From NCBI GenBank assembly GCA_013239625.1, contig MU053482.1:4539775-4603774 (forward strand): a stretch of 64,000 bases of DNA, given 5' to 3'. This stretch comes from Lama guanicoe. Lineage: Eukaryota. This document shows, one piece after another, positions 62,831-64,000 of the stretch; position 1 is the first letter of the stretch; each line of letters begins with the position of its first letter. The translations under genes and the position numbers were made by a program. The notes under the pieces are model-generated. The model saw only the letters and a program-made list of their open reading frames with translations. It searched no databases and was not told where the DNA came from.

Positions 62831-64000
62831 ACCAGCAAGATTTAAAACTTTTTAAGGTACTATATTACAGTAGTTCCTCCCTGCTAGTGAATTTCCCTTG
62901 CAAGAAATTTAAGCATTCTTTATTTTGACTTCACTGTTCCTTTATAGCTACTGGGAGAAGTTTAGATCTTTAATGTCAATTATATGTCCCTCCTGTTGAG
63001 GAAAATAAGAATTAAAGAGAGCTAGGGATTGACTATAGAAGAGTGGAGAGTTAAAGCAGATGCCACATAATGAGTACAGGTATTTGCAGGGAACCTTTGA
63101 GAAGAAGTGAAATATATTCTATTGACGTCTACAAGGCAGAAGGGAGCTCTAGTGTAAGAGGGGCAGGATCACAGAGCTGTGACTTCTAAGCCCTAAAATA
63201 AGGAAAGCATTGAACGCTTTGACAAAGGGCCATACTGAAATAAGGGAGGAAAAGCCTTTTAGTGTGTTTGTAAACTGCAGCAGAGGAAAATTAATACTCC
63301 AGACTCCTTTTGAAAACTAAAAAGCTTCCAGTGAGGAAGCGGAAACTACTAATAATCTGATTGCCAATTTAAGAAAATCATTGCTGTTATCTTATTTTGT
63401 CTTTGGAATTTTATTTTATTGAGTATAAAATTGTTTTAAGGACCTTTGTGGGTACATTCCAACTCTAGTCTCCCAATCTGACGTTTTCCCATGATATCTA
63501 AGTTCTTTAGCAATTTGCTTGCTATTGAGATAGTCCCTGTAGTTAGGGCTGGACTGATGTTTATCATTAGTTTGTGAGGGTAAAAATCTCATCTAGATTA
63601 TTTAATTTACTTCTCTTTCAAAAACTTACTATGGAAAATTTCAAATATATTAAAAAATAGTGAAATAGTATAATGAATCCTTCTGTACCCATCACCCAGT
63701 TTTGGATATCAACTCATGATCAATCTTTTTTTGTCTTAAATCCTCCACTCTGATTATTTGGAAGCACACATCCATCATATCATCTGTAAATTATATCTCA
63801 GGTTGGTGCTAAGATTTTCCTGAGTGCCTCATAATTTTTTTTAAAACAGTCTGTTCAAATTGGGATCCAAACAAGATCTGTGCATTGAAATTGATTAATA
63901 AGACTCTTAACCTATTTAATCTATTTTAATCCCCTTACATCTTTTTTCCCTCCTTGCAGTTTATTCCTTGAAAATACGTATATTGGAAACTAATGGCATT

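Overview
Mammalian genomic DNA, most likely from a camelid because six Vic-1-like tRNA-derived SINEs are present. The window holds the 5' part of USP47 (ubiquitin-specific peptidase 47) on the + strand: a CpG-island promoter, coding exon 1 (2780-2818), a ~40.7 kb first intron, and five more coding exons (43497-43556, 50457-50660, 53888-54001, 55418-55556, 60152-60248). These splice in frame up to the catalytic Cys box, and the gene continues beyond the window. The introns are packed with nested retroelements and DNA-transposon fossils. I found no evidence of a new multi-gene biological system. The most notable items are: (i) a 5'-truncated MAPKAPK5 processed pseudogene with a perfect 14-bp target-site duplication (TSD); (ii) a polyadenylated, U5-less ERV 3'-end retrocopy; (iii) a full-length L1 with an apparently chimeric 3' end; (iv) a candidate in-frame 21-nt microexon and a candidate 56-nt poison exon in intron 1; (v) a 5'UTR uORF; (vi) a sense solo LTR upstream of exon 2; (vii) a poly(A)-only insertion flanked by a TSD. 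Gene and repeat names come from recognition by eye, not from database searches, so subfamily labels and fossil boundaries are approximate.
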